A DNA stretch of 64,000 nt. Origin: a virus. Location of the stretch: positions 1-64,000 of IMG/VR virus record IMGVR_UViG_3300017788_000014; one strand, written 5' to 3'. The position numbers and the translations under genes are program-made. Position 1 is the first letter of the stretch. Each line of letters opens with the position of its first letter. Shown here piece by piece: positions 40,282 through 49,266 of this stretch. The notes under the pieces are model-generated. The model made no database searches and was not told the origin of the DNA. It was given only the letters and a program-made list of their open reading frames with translations.

Positions 40282-40413
40282 GCCGGTTTTGTTCCAGCCG
40301 GTTCGGCGCCCTAGTCGTGAGTGGGCCATAACCGCGAAGCCGACAGCACAACGCCAAGACGTCTCCTTTCAGTGGATGTCGGAAGTCGTAAACGCAAGGA
40401 CGCACGCGCGGAT

Positions 40414-40484
40414 TGCCCGATGGTGTAACGGTAGCACAAGAGATTTTGGTTCTCTTTGTCTAGGTTCGAATCCTAGTCGGGCAT
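40414..40484 (+). tRNA. tRNA-Gln(UUG); CCA not encoded
   Basis: Acceptor stem TGCCCGA/TCGGGCA, anticodon arm AGAGA-TTTTGGT-TCTCT, GGTTCGAATCC. Confidence 0.95.
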
Positions 40485-40516
40485 TCGGAGGCTGACGATT
40501 GAGTTACGGAGAGACT

Positions 40517-41116
40517 ATGGTTCAACAAATGACATTGCCGCCAAAACCGCAAATGGTGCTGCCGGTTTCGGTGATTCTGCATCCATGGCAAGTTGAGTGG
40601 GCAGCATATGCCGGCAGCCAGAGGACAGAACGCAATACGGGTAAAGTTAAAAATCGGCCGGATTACGACGCCAAACCAGAAGCGTTGCAAACCGACATTG
40701 AAGCGAATATAGCGTCGTGCTTGTGCGAGTTGGCGACGAGTCTGTACACAAATCAAAAATGGAACGGCGCGTATTGGAGCCCGAAACATCACGCCGCGGC
40801 CACAAGTTTGCCGGATGTGGGCAAAAACATCGAAGTACGCCGCACGCGACATTTGAATTTTGGTGTTCCTGTTTTCGAGCAAGAAGCCGACGACAAAATT
40901 CAACTTGTGCAAGCCTATATTACCCCAATTGATTTAAAGGATGTATTGAACTGGGCGAACAAAACGCCAGATGATTTTGAATATGTCACTGTGCTGTTAA
41001 CCGGCACTGTAGCGGCAGATGTTGCGTGGGAAAACAGTTGGCGGCCAAAAAAATGGAAAGAAAAACGCGTGTGCCCGCAAGCGTTTTTTCAGTCTGTGAA
41101 AACATTACGGCGGTAA
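40517..41116 (+). CDS. Hypothetical protein, possibly a PD-(D/E)xK-like fold
   Basis: GGAG RBS; 'CELA...LPDVGKNIEVR'. Confidence 0.5.
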   Translation: MVQQMTLPPKPQMVLPVSVILHPWQVEWAAYAGSQRTERNTGKVKNRPDYDAKPEALQTDIEANIASCLCELATSLYTNQKWNGAYWSPKHHAAATSLPDVGKNIEVRRTRHLNFGVPVFEQEADDKIQLVQAYITPIDLKDVLNWANKTPDDFEYVTVLLTGTVAADVAWENSWRPKKWKEKRVCPQAFFQSVKTLRR

Positions 41117-41314
41117 CTGAGCAAGGATGCAAGCATGCGCGTCTCAGTTGTGTTTTCTGCCGTGTTAAAAGTTATTGCGCGGATATTTGCACTGCCTGCG
41201 CTACTGTTAGTTTTTATCGCCGAACAAATTGAAGACGTAGCCGACTCGTTGTCGAAATAGTTGCGCTAGACGTTGCTTTTCGTGCGGGCTGGCAAACTTA
41301 AAAAAGAACAAACT

Positions 41315-41536
41315 ATGCAACCTTACTCGCGGTGGCAGTTTTATCACCCGTTTGTATTTGTGGGAATTAAGCGGCCGGAAACTGACACCGAGTTTGATCC
41401 GTCCGACGATTTACACTGCTACGGATTTGAATTTGATTTGACGACGGAATGCTATTTTTACACGTATGACTGGGGTTACGGTTTTAATCTGCGGTTACTT
41501 GGTTTTGGCTTTGAAGTATCGCGTCTTAGTATGTAG
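41315..41536 (+). CDS. Small aromatic-rich protein
   Basis: ORF only. Confidence 0.45.
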   Translation: MQPYSRWQFYHPFVFVGIKRPETDTEFDPSDDLHCYGFEFDLTTECYFYTYDWGYGFNLRLLGFGFEVSRLSM

Positions 41537-41608
41537 GGGTGTATTTTGTCCGCAATTTTAATTTACGTATTTGCTTGCGAAACGTTGATTCGCGGAACAG
41601 AGTGGCTG

Positions 41609-41987
41609 ATTAGTCAAAACGATACAGCAAAAGAAAGATAAAGTGGTGGGACATGGTTAAAAAATTCAAGCACTATTTGTTTGAGGTGACAGGCGGGTTC
41701 TACATCGACGCGGCTTTGGAGCCGCTGTTTAGCGCGTCCGGCGAAATTTACGGATTCAAACTGCCCGATGGCCGTGAAGTTGACATTGCTATTTGTCTGC
41801 GGGTTGAGGGGCCGCCGCGGGCTCTGCGCGGCCGATCGGAGTTGTGGTACACGGACGAGACGTTGATGGAGCAAATTGGTTTTGAAAGCCTCGGTTATGA
41901 CAAGGCAAATTTCATAGAGGGTGACGGCGGTGATGACGATGATGCGTGACTGTAAGTCATTAATTAGCCAAAACGACATAGCAAAAG
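41609..41987 (+). repeat. Two 25-nt imperfect direct repeats (41609-41633 and 41963-41987) flanking one gene
   Basis: ATTAGTCAAAACGATACAGCAAAAG vs ATTAGCCAAAACGACATAGCAAAAG, 22/25 identical. Confidence 0.75.
41653..41949 (+). CDS. Hypothetical protein
   Basis: ORF between the two direct repeats. Confidence 0.6.
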   Translation: MVKKFKHYLFEVTGGFYIDAALEPLFSASGEIYGFKLPDGREVDIAICLRVEGPPRALRGRSELWYTDETLMEQIGFESLGYDKANFIEGDGGDDDDA

Positions 41988-41997
41988 GTAGTAACGC

Positions 41998-42420
41998 ATG
42001 TCGGACATAACAACAAAACTACGCGAGTGGGCGGATCATTTTGACCACTCACACGCGACGACCAACAAACGTACCGCAATGTCGAGCACAATGATTGAAG
42101 CCGCAGACGAAATCGAGCGACTGCGGCAAAAAGAGGCTGACATGCTAACGGCAGGAGCGACTGAAATGCGCGGCAAGCCTATCGCATGGATCGGTGTCTT
42201 CGACGGCGAGCCCGACCCGGAGTTCATCTGGTGGGACGAAGCAAAAGCCCGACGCTGGATAAACACGCGGCCGGGTGTGAAACTGGCTCCGCTGTTTCTC
42301 GCCCCCCCGCTCACCGACGCGGAGCGGGAGGCGGTGGAGACTGCCGCAATGGAGGCGGAAGCGCATCAGCACGCCGAGCGCGCCGCTACGTTGCGTAATT
42401 TGCTACTTCGACAAACATAA
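41998..42420 (+). CDS. Modular hypothetical protein (EAADEIERLR ... LTDAEREA)
   Basis: Shares a C-terminal motif with the gene at 42721. Confidence 0.65.
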   Translation: MSDITTKLREWADHFDHSHATTNKRTAMSSTMIEAADEIERLRQKEADMLTAGATEMRGKPIAWIGVFDGEPDPEFIWWDEAKARRWINTRPGVKLAPLFLAPPLTDAEREAVETAAMEAEAHQHAERAATLRNLLLRQT

Positions 42421-42448
42421 CAAACATCTAACATTTGACGAGGCTAAG

Positions 42449-42703
42449 ATGCTGTGTTCAATCTGTTTTACTGAAATCAAGCCGGTCGGAAATTGGACCG
42501 ATGGTAACAACGCTGAACCCATAAACACGGGAAGGTGTTGCAACGAGTGCGATAACAAAGTCGTAATTCCAGCGAGATTAACGATGATGATGACAAACGT
42601 GTCATCCGACGTGTATCGAGATATGCTGCAACAACAGTTGGAAAATTTACAGCAGCAGTTGGCACGATTTGAAAACGTGGTGGCGCGAGCGGATGTTTCT
42701 TAA
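42449..42703 (+). CDS. Small Zn-binding phage protein
   Basis: CSIC...GNNAEP...GRCCNECD...VIPAR. Confidence 0.7.
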   Translation: MLCSICFTEIKPVGNWTDGNNAEPINTGRCCNECDNKVVIPARLTMMMTNVSSDVYRDMLQQQLENLQQQLARFENVVARADVS

Positions 42704-42720
42704 TTCTAGCGAGGTCTTTA

Positions 42721-43296
42721 ATGCAATCTAGTGTTGCGCTTATAAAGCGGCTGACGTTACTTGGCGCAAAAGAACCAAAAACAGCGCTGGGGCAAGCAGC
42801 CCTCGACGCGGCCGAGCATATTCAAAATTCGTGCGTTGGCGATCGCATGTATATTGTGTTGGCGTTTCGTTATGGCACGTTTGACAACGTGTTTCCGATT
42901 GGTGTTTTTACGACACGGCAGCAGGCTGTTACGGCCGCGCTGGAACATCGGCAAAGTCGCGGCGGCAAATACGATCACCGTATCTATGTGTTTCCCGAGC
43001 CGAACTACTTGGATGCGGAAGTTGGCCGTCGCGTAAATGACGCGCGCTGTATAGAGTGGGTGCCCGGTTCCGAGCCGCATGTGAAGTCTGCCAACGATTC
43101 CCACGATCTGCTAAAGACATTAATCGCGCGCCAATCAGATGAAATTTTGCGGCTTCGGTTGTCGCAGGCCGAGCGCGACGCGATTGAGTATGTGTGTGAG
43201 CGCGGACTTGCCGCAGGTCCTGAAGACATCAAATGTTTGCGAAATCTCTTGGATCGTTTACAGTCTGGAGAAAACAATGTCGAACACAAAAAATAG
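42721..43296 (+). CDS. Modular hypothetical protein
   Basis: GAGG RBS; LSQAERDAIE...LRNLLDRL. Confidence 0.6.
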   Translation: MQSSVALIKRLTLLGAKEPKTALGQAALDAAEHIQNSCVGDRMYIVLAFRYGTFDNVFPIGVFTTRQQAVTAALEHRQSRGGKYDHRIYVFPEPNYLDAEVGRRVNDARCIEWVPGSEPHVKSANDSHDLLKTLIARQSDEILRLRLSQAERDAIEYVCERGLAAGPEDIKCLRNLLDRLQSGENNVEHKK

Positions 43297-43555
43297 CAAT
43301 GACTCGAACAACGCTACTAATGCATTGTGGCTTGTTGGCGGCGTCGTATTTATTTTAGTCGTCGCAATCGGCTCGTGTTCAGATGATGCGCAGCCGGTGT
43401 CGCGCGTTCCGGCACCCGTGAGTGATTATCAGGACATGCGCAATCGTGGCCACAGCGAAGAGGACGCGGTTATTTTCGGCATTCTAAAACAGCAAGGCTA
43501 CAGCGACTATGACGCCGTTCGTGCAATGCAGTCGTCAAAAGAAAAGGCGCGCTGA
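43277..43555 (+). CDS. Putative membrane protein or lipoprotein
   Basis: Hydrophobic segment ending in IGSC. Confidence 0.55.
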   Translation: MSNTKNSNDSNNATNALWLVGGVVFILVVAIGSCSDDAQPVSRVPAPVSDYQDMRNRGHSEEDAVIFGILKQQGYSDYDAVRAMQSSKEKAR

Positions 43556-43830
43556 TGTACTGTGTCATTACAAGAGAAATTGACGCGGACAAAAAGAATT
43601 TGGGCGTTATAATCCCTTACGGACCATTTGTGTCCGAGTTGCTGGCCACGACATTCGCGCAACGCATATTAAAAGTTTCAGAGCGGCCTGAAATTGAGTG
43701 GCGGGTTGCGCCACTTTTCGCCGACGCACAAATACGGCGCAATTTTGCCGAGATTGAATTTGAAGTTTGCGGTACAACGCCGTTTTCGATGCCCGGCCGG
43801 TTCGTTAAAGTGTCTTTTCCTGAGAAATAG
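43555..43830 (+). CDS. Hypothetical protein
   Basis: TGATG coupling. Confidence 0.55.
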   Translation: MYCVITREIDADKKNLGVIIPYGPFVSELLATTFAQRILKVSERPEIEWRVAPLFADAQIRRNFAEIEFEVCGTTPFSMPGRFVKVSFPEK

Positions 43831-43883
43831 ACTAAAATGACAGATTGTGGCATGGTTCTGCACATACAGCGGCGGAGGTTTCC

Positions 43884-44543
43884 ATGTTCAATCTGTCAGA
43901 CATGTCGGAAATCGAACTGGGGTTTGTCCGTGTTTACGTGCGCGCATTGCGCCGCGATTGCGATCAATTAGCCACGGTATTTGCCGTTTCTCATCCTGAC
44001 AGTCTGGCAATTCAAGACATTGTGCGTGCGACAAAAGTCGCGCGCGGCGTGCACGAATTACAGCAAAATTTTGAGCGCCGTTTAGCGGAACTTCCGTTTG
44101 CAAAAAATAAACTGCGACGATCGGCGCCCACTGATCCGTTTTGGATCGCGCTTGCAAAGTTTTTTTCGCTGTCGTTCTTCAAATTGCTGAAGTTGCAAAA
44201 AGAAAACGATGTCACGAAAAACACGTCGGATTACGGTTGGTACAGTGGGCAGCCGGAGGATTGGCAGGCATCTATCGCTGTATTGAAAACGTTGTTAGAC
44301 GAACAGCCGGCTGCGGCGGCGATATTAAACGCAAAACCGACGCAGAATAGTTCTTTAACGAAGTTGTTCGCAACGCTACAGCAGTTTTTTAGCGGCGTTA
44401 ATTTCACCGCACACGTCGTAAACGGCGACGCTCCAAATGCTCCGCAAAAAGTTTGGCCAGTCGCCGAAGCCGCGACTGACTGGGACGACTACGACGAGGA
44501 CGACGAAGATGTTGACGACATGTTTGGAAATTGGTTTCTTTAA
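43884..44543 (+). CDS. Hypothetical protein
   Basis: GGAGG RBS. Confidence 0.6.
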   Translation: MFNLSDMSEIELGFVRVYVRALRRDCDQLATVFAVSHPDSLAIQDIVRATKVARGVHELQQNFERRLAELPFAKNKLRRSAPTDPFWIALAKFFSLSFFKLLKLQKENDVTKNTSDYGWYSGQPEDWQASIAVLKTLLDEQPAAAAILNAKPTQNSSLTKLFATLQQFFSGVNFTAHVVNGDAPNAPQKVWPVAEAATDWDDYDEDDEDVDDMFGNWFL

Positions 44544-44558
44544 TCTGGGTGTGAATAC

Positions 44559-45743
44559 ATGACACCGCTGTTTGTGTTCTGCGCCGATCTTCATCTCGAA
44601 GACGGCGCGTGGTCTTCTCGGCCGGCAATTTACGGTGACGCATATTACAGTTTCGATCAAATTGTCGCGTACTGCATCGAACATAAATTGCCGCTTATTA
44701 TGGGCGGCGACATTCTGGAAAAAAAACAGAACCTCGCACGCCCGATCGCTAAATTGTGCGAGGGGCTGACGCGGTTACAGGCTGCCTGCGTGCCCGTTTA
44801 CTACATTCAGGGCAATCACGAGTATGACCGAAATGCGCCGTGGCTAACTGTGCATCCGTGGCCGGTGCATCTACACGAATACGGTTTGCCTTTTGGTGAC
44901 GTCGCCGGCCCGCGAGTGTACGGACTTGACTGGCTACCGCGCGGCGACATTCAAGAAGCGTTCAAATCCGTGCCGGCCGACACGGATATTCTGGTGACGC
45001 ATCAAGTCTGGAAAGATTTCATGGGCACTGTCGGGCGCACCGAGTGCGAACTAACCGACGTGCATCATGTGCGCACCGTGCTCGCCGGTGATTTTCACAT
45101 CACCAAAACGGTCGAGGGTGTAAACGCACAAGGTCAGTCGATTCGGATGCTGTCGCCGGGGTCTACGGCGATGCAGGACATCGGCGAAACACCCGAAAAG
45201 TTTTTCTTCGTTGTCGCCAGAGATGCCGACAACAAATTTGTATTTCAGCCGCAACAATTGAAAACTCGGCCGTTTTTAAAGTACACGGTCGAGACGCAAG
45301 AAGAACTCGACGAGTTGTGCTCCGGCAATCTTGTCCGCGCGATTACGGACGCCACTGCAGTCGCGACGTCTGCCGGTATTCCGGCGCATATTCAAAAACC
45401 GCTGGTGCGGATCAAGTTCAGTAAACAACTGCCCGACGCGTGGTTGCGGTTGACGACGGCCGTCGCTGATGCCGCACATGTATTCTGCGACCCAATTGCC
45501 GGCAATTCATCAGTTAAGACGGCGCGAGCCGTGGATACGACTAAAAACGACGTGCTTTCTGCGTTAGAGACATTGCTGGGCGCCAATTCAGCCGCGTATA
45601 AAGTAGCCGCGGCTGTGTACAACGCGGAAGAGCCGGCAAAAGAGATTGACGTATTGTTTCAGCGGTATATGGAGGAATCCGAACATGCAACTGTTGCGGC
45701 TGGAAGTTCAGAACTGGGTGCACCATCGGCATCAGATTTGTGA
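44559..45743 (+). CDS. sbcD: SbcD/Mre11-like metallophosphoesterase nuclease
   Basis: Motifs ADLH, GGD, GNHE and GDFH; adjacent to an SMC ATPase. Confidence 0.88.
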   Translation: MTPLFVFCADLHLEDGAWSSRPAIYGDAYYSFDQIVAYCIEHKLPLIMGGDILEKKQNLARPIAKLCEGLTRLQAACVPVYYIQGNHEYDRNAPWLTVHPWPVHLHEYGLPFGDVAGPRVYGLDWLPRGDIQEAFKSVPADTDILVTHQVWKDFMGTVGRTECELTDVHHVRTVLAGDFHITKTVEGVNAQGQSIRMLSPGSTAMQDIGETPEKFFFVVARDADNKFVFQPQQLKTRPFLKYTVETQEELDELCSGNLVRAITDATAVATSAGIPAHIQKPLVRIKFSKQLPDAWLRLTTAVADAAHVFCDPIAGNSSVKTARAVDTTKNDVLSALETLLGANSAAYKVAAAVYNAEEPAKEIDVLFQRYMEESEHATVAAGSSELGAPSASDL

Positions 45744-47841
45744 ATTTACTCGCGGCCTTGTTGCGATTCTCGGTGAAAACGGCTCCGGTAAGAGCAGTTT
45801 ATTCGGCGCTATTAAATGGCTGCTGACCGGCGAGAATCCGAATTACGGCGTCAAAGCCGACAATATTTCGCAATACGCCAAAGAAGGCGAGCCGTCTTTT
45901 GCCCGACTGGAGTTCGAGCATAACGGCCACATCGCGGTTGTTACACGGCATTTATTGCCGGACAAAGAACCGTCGACGCTGACACTCGACGATAAAGAAG
46001 TCGCCCGCGGCGATAAGGCTGTTACAGCCGGCATCGAAAAAATTCTGTGCGTGGATGCCAAGTTTATCTCGCGGTTTATTATCGTCGGTCAGATGGATAT
46101 TTTTTCGTTTATTGACGACAACCAGACCGACACCGATAAGTTTTTTCAACGCCTGTTCAATACGGTAAAAGCCGATAAGTGTCAGGATGCGATTGGAAAA
46201 TTTACGACAAAATTGGTAGTCCCCGAAATTGTCGAGACGGCCGATCAGATTGAAACGCAGCGCTTGGGCGTGCTGCAACAAATTGAAATACTGCGCGAGC
46301 AGATTGCAGAGTTGCCCAGTTTTGAAACGTTTTTGACGGCGCAGAAAACGCAGCAAAAAACGCTTGCCGATTGGGAGGCTCGGTCAGAGGCCGCGAACGC
46401 ACTCGCCGCGTTAGATCGCAAAGAAATTGAGCATAACCGCCAACTCGCTACCGTAGAAGAGACGGTTAAACGATATGCGGCAGATTTAGACGCACTGGAT
46501 GGCGCCGTCAATGGACAGGATTCAGCGTATGCTGATGCGCGCAGCGCTTTGGCGCATTGGGACAGTTACAAAAAGGTGGCGGCGGCACGCGCGGCCTTGC
46601 AAAAAGACTCGGCTGAAATCTCGTCGCAACGCGAGACCGATATTGAACCGCGCGCAGTCGTGGAAACTGAACTTGAAGATGCCGCGGCGCTTGTGCTAGG
46701 TTTACGCGCCGACGTCGAGCGGGCGGAAAATCTGCTGGCCGTGTTCGATAAGGCCGGCGTGGTCGCCTGTCCGACGTGTCATACGCCGACACAGAATCTA
46801 CACGAGCATCTTGCGGAGACGCGAAATCAATTACCCAAATTGCGCGCTGATTTGGCCGCTGCAAAAACAGTCCAGCAACAGATACTGTCGACGCAACAGG
46901 CACATACGGCGTGGGTGCGGCGGGAACAGGCTCGGCAAACAAAATTGCAGCAGATTGAAGCCTCAGTTGTAAATCTGACGACGATTGCGCCGCCAAAAGA
47001 TGCCGAAGAAACGTTACAACAGGCGGTCAATGAGTATGAGGATTTCAAGAAATTACGGCAGGAATTAACGCCGCTGGCGCAGGAAGCACGGGAAGAGCGC
47101 GCGTCGTTGGCCGGGCAAATCGAAGCAATTCGGGCGCAGCGTGAAACGTTAGCCGACACCATTGCGCAAATTACGGTCACACAGGCGGACGAATTTCTTG
47201 CGCGGACAATGCTTGAAAAGTTAAAGTCCGAATTCGCTACGCGGCAAGAAACCGAGCGGCAAATTACAGAATTGGAGTTCACCGCACGACAACTGGCCGA
47301 CAAACAAGCACAGGCGCGCACCGACGAACAGCGCGCCGTTAAACTTCGTGAGTGGATAGAAATTGCGAACCAGTCCCGCGAGGCGTTGAAAAACGCACCG
47401 CGGCTGGTCGCGCAAAGAAATCTTCAGCGTTTGGAATCCGCGGTAAACGACATCCTGCAAATCTTCGCTGTGAATTTTTCGGTGCGTGTCGCTACGGATG
47501 GCAGTTTGACCTTTTTGGCGGAGTTTTTCGATGGCAGAAAACAAGTTGCCCAGCGATTGTCAGTCGGACAAAAAACAGTCTTGGCTCTTGCGTTTCGAGT
47601 CGCCTGCAACGCAATGTTCGCAGAAGAAATCGGACTGCTCGCGCTGGACGAACCGACTGCGTCACTTGATGCGCCGCGTATTCGCGCACTCGCTCCGGTT
47701 TTGGAAAAACTGAGAGACCTTTCGACCGCAAAGGGTTTACAGTGTTTGTTGGTGACTCATGCGACAGGACTATCGCACTTATTCGAGTCATCGATTACAC
47801 TGGAACCTCCGGAGGTACGAAATGTCAGCACGCGCAGATGA
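45685..47841 (+). CDS. sbcC: SbcC/Rad50-like SMC ATPase
   Basis: GENGSGKS, CPTC Zn hook within the coiled coil, LSVGQ signature, LDEPT, LVTH. Confidence 0.92.
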   Translation: MQLLRLEVQNWVHHRHQICEFTRGLVAILGENGSGKSSLFGAIKWLLTGENPNYGVKADNISQYAKEGEPSFARLEFEHNGHIAVVTRHLLPDKEPSTLTLDDKEVARGDKAVTAGIEKILCVDAKFISRFIIVGQMDIFSFIDDNQTDTDKFFQRLFNTVKADKCQDAIGKFTTKLVVPEIVETADQIETQRLGVLQQIEILREQIAELPSFETFLTAQKTQQKTLADWEARSEAANALAALDRKEIEHNRQLATVEETVKRYAADLDALDGAVNGQDSAYADARSALAHWDSYKKVAAARAALQKDSAEISSQRETDIEPRAVVETELEDAAALVLGLRADVERAENLLAVFDKAGVVACPTCHTPTQNLHEHLAETRNQLPKLRADLAAAKTVQQQILSTQQAHTAWVRREQARQTKLQQIEASVVNLTTIAPPKDAEETLQQAVNEYEDFKKLRQELTPLAQEAREERASLAGQIEAIRAQRETLADTIAQITVTQADEFLARTMLEKLKSEFATRQETERQITELEFTARQLADKQAQARTDEQRAVKLREWIEIANQSREALKNAPRLVAQRNLQRLESAVNDILQIFAVNFSVRVATDGSLTFLAEFFDGRKQVAQRLSVGQKTVLALAFRVACNAMFAEEIGLLALDEPTASLDAPRIRALAPVLEKLRDLSTAKGLQCLLVTHATGLSHLFESSITLEPPEVRNVSTRR

Positions 47842-48772
47842 ACGTGTAATTAAACTCTACACGGCAAAAAACGGACACGTCTGGTATTCTGTCGGCATTG
47901 GCCAGCCGACGGACTCCGGGCGCATTGTCGACAGTTTTTTGCTGTCATCTGTCGTGTCCGGCATGGGTTTATGTTTTCGAATACTTGGTTTGCCGCAAAA
48001 TGCTGAGTTGATTTGCGCCCTGTATTTTCGCAAAAGCAAAGGCGAGGTGCGCTATATCGATATTGCCGGGCCGAACATTTTAAACAACATCGACGAATTG
48101 AACGATCCCGCGCTAGTGTTGCAGCGCATGCGCAGTTCAAATTTGTCGTCGGCTAGTGGCGGCTGGCATCCGCTGTCGATGCAGGATTATCCTGTGTACG
48201 CCGCACTGGCGAAGAATTTACGGGCCGGATTCGTTTTTGACGAGTCTGCGCGCACTTATTTGCGATTGCACCCCGCCTATCGCGCGCTGAGTTTTATTCC
48301 CACCGTTTGCGAAAAAATGGCGGCGCAATTGATTACGACAATTGTCGATCCGCGCTGGTACGTCAATCGTTATCGACCGGACTCGCCTCGAAAGTTGGAA
48401 TTGTTTCTTGGACTCACGCCAAGTTCGCAGCAGCGGGTGTCCGATCCGAAAAAAATTATCACCAAAACGCGCGATTTACGGTGCGGCGCTGTTTTGTCGA
48501 CATGGAAAACGGCGCGCCCCGACACCGTAAATATGTCGCTGCCGGCTAACTTTTTATATCGTATCTGGCGTAACTTCGGTGGCGGATGGCGGGGTGATCT
48601 GCGGGCTTCACAAGCGTTTGTTCGTTACTTTTGCGATAACTGGCTCGCGGCGTTAGATTCGCGCGTCGGCACGCATGACGGCTTGTTTTTACCCGGCGTA
48701 TACTTTAAAACACCGGCCGAGCGCGAATCGTTTGTTGACCATATGCAACGCGACAATAAAAAGAGTTCCTGA
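47822..48772 (+). CDS. Protein with an IS110-Tnp/Nop-like C-terminal domain
   Basis: 'LSFIPTVCEKMAAQLITTIVDPRWY...KLELFLGLTP' follows the Transposase_20 pattern; no RuvC DEDD domain is visible. Confidence 0.5.
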   Translation: MSARADERVIKLYTAKNGHVWYSVGIGQPTDSGRIVDSFLLSSVVSGMGLCFRILGLPQNAELICALYFRKSKGEVRYIDIAGPNILNNIDELNDPALVLQRMRSSNLSSASGGWHPLSMQDYPVYAALAKNLRAGFVFDESARTYLRLHPAYRALSFIPTVCEKMAAQLITTIVDPRWYVNRYRPDSPRKLELFLGLTPSSQQRVSDPKKIITKTRDLRCGAVLSTWKTARPDTVNMSLPANFLYRIWRNFGGGWRGDLRASQAFVRYFCDNWLAALDSRVGTHDGLFLPGVYFKTPAERESFVDHMQRDNKKSS

Positions 48773-49266
48773 TGCTTGAAGTTGCGCTTACACTGCGTTT
48801 CAATCGTGTGTGTTTGGGTGCCGCCAAAAAACGACGGCACGGGCAGACTATATTTTGCTTTGATCGCGATCCGGGCCATCGCGTCATGTTTATGCCGGCC
48901 GCGTGGTTGGCCTGCATGCGGTACGCGGCAAAACTCGCCAATCGCCATCATACCGAAGTAAAAAAAATCGATTGGTGTCCGGTGATTGTCGGCGAGCCGC
49001 GCCCCGATTGGCGGCGCGGAATTGTAAGCGCGCCAACCGGTGGCGTACCCAAGAGTCATTACGCACTGCACGAGGCGTTTCGCCCCGGAGATACGATTAT
49101 TGTGTACGTCGTGATACCGGAAACGATACCATTGCCGGATTTCACGCGGCTGGTCGAAATTATAGGAAAATACAAAGGTTTTTCGCCCTTCAACAATTCG
49201 CAAGAAAAATATGGCACCTTCGAGATCATCTCAATCGAACCGGTCAACGACTCCGGACGGGAATGA
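48772..49266 (+). CDS. Small RAMP/Cas7-like protein
   Basis: 'LTLRFNRVCLG', 'HEAFRPGDTIIVYV' and 'IGKYKGFSPF...YGTFEI'. Confidence 0.5.
   Translation: MLEVALTLRFNRVCLGAAKKRRHGQTIFCFDRDPGHRVMFMPAAWLACMRYAAKLANRHHTEVKKIDWCPVIVGEPRPDWRRGIVSAPTGGVPKSHYALHEAFRPGDTIIVYVVIPETIPLPDFTRLVEIIGKYKGFSPFNNSQEKYGTFEIISIEPVNDSGRE

Noticed and set aside
47822-48772. Active IS110 insertion sequence
   Set aside because: No DEDD RuvC domain, no catalytic SG motif and no non-coding flank for a bridge RNA; the gene overlaps both neighbours.
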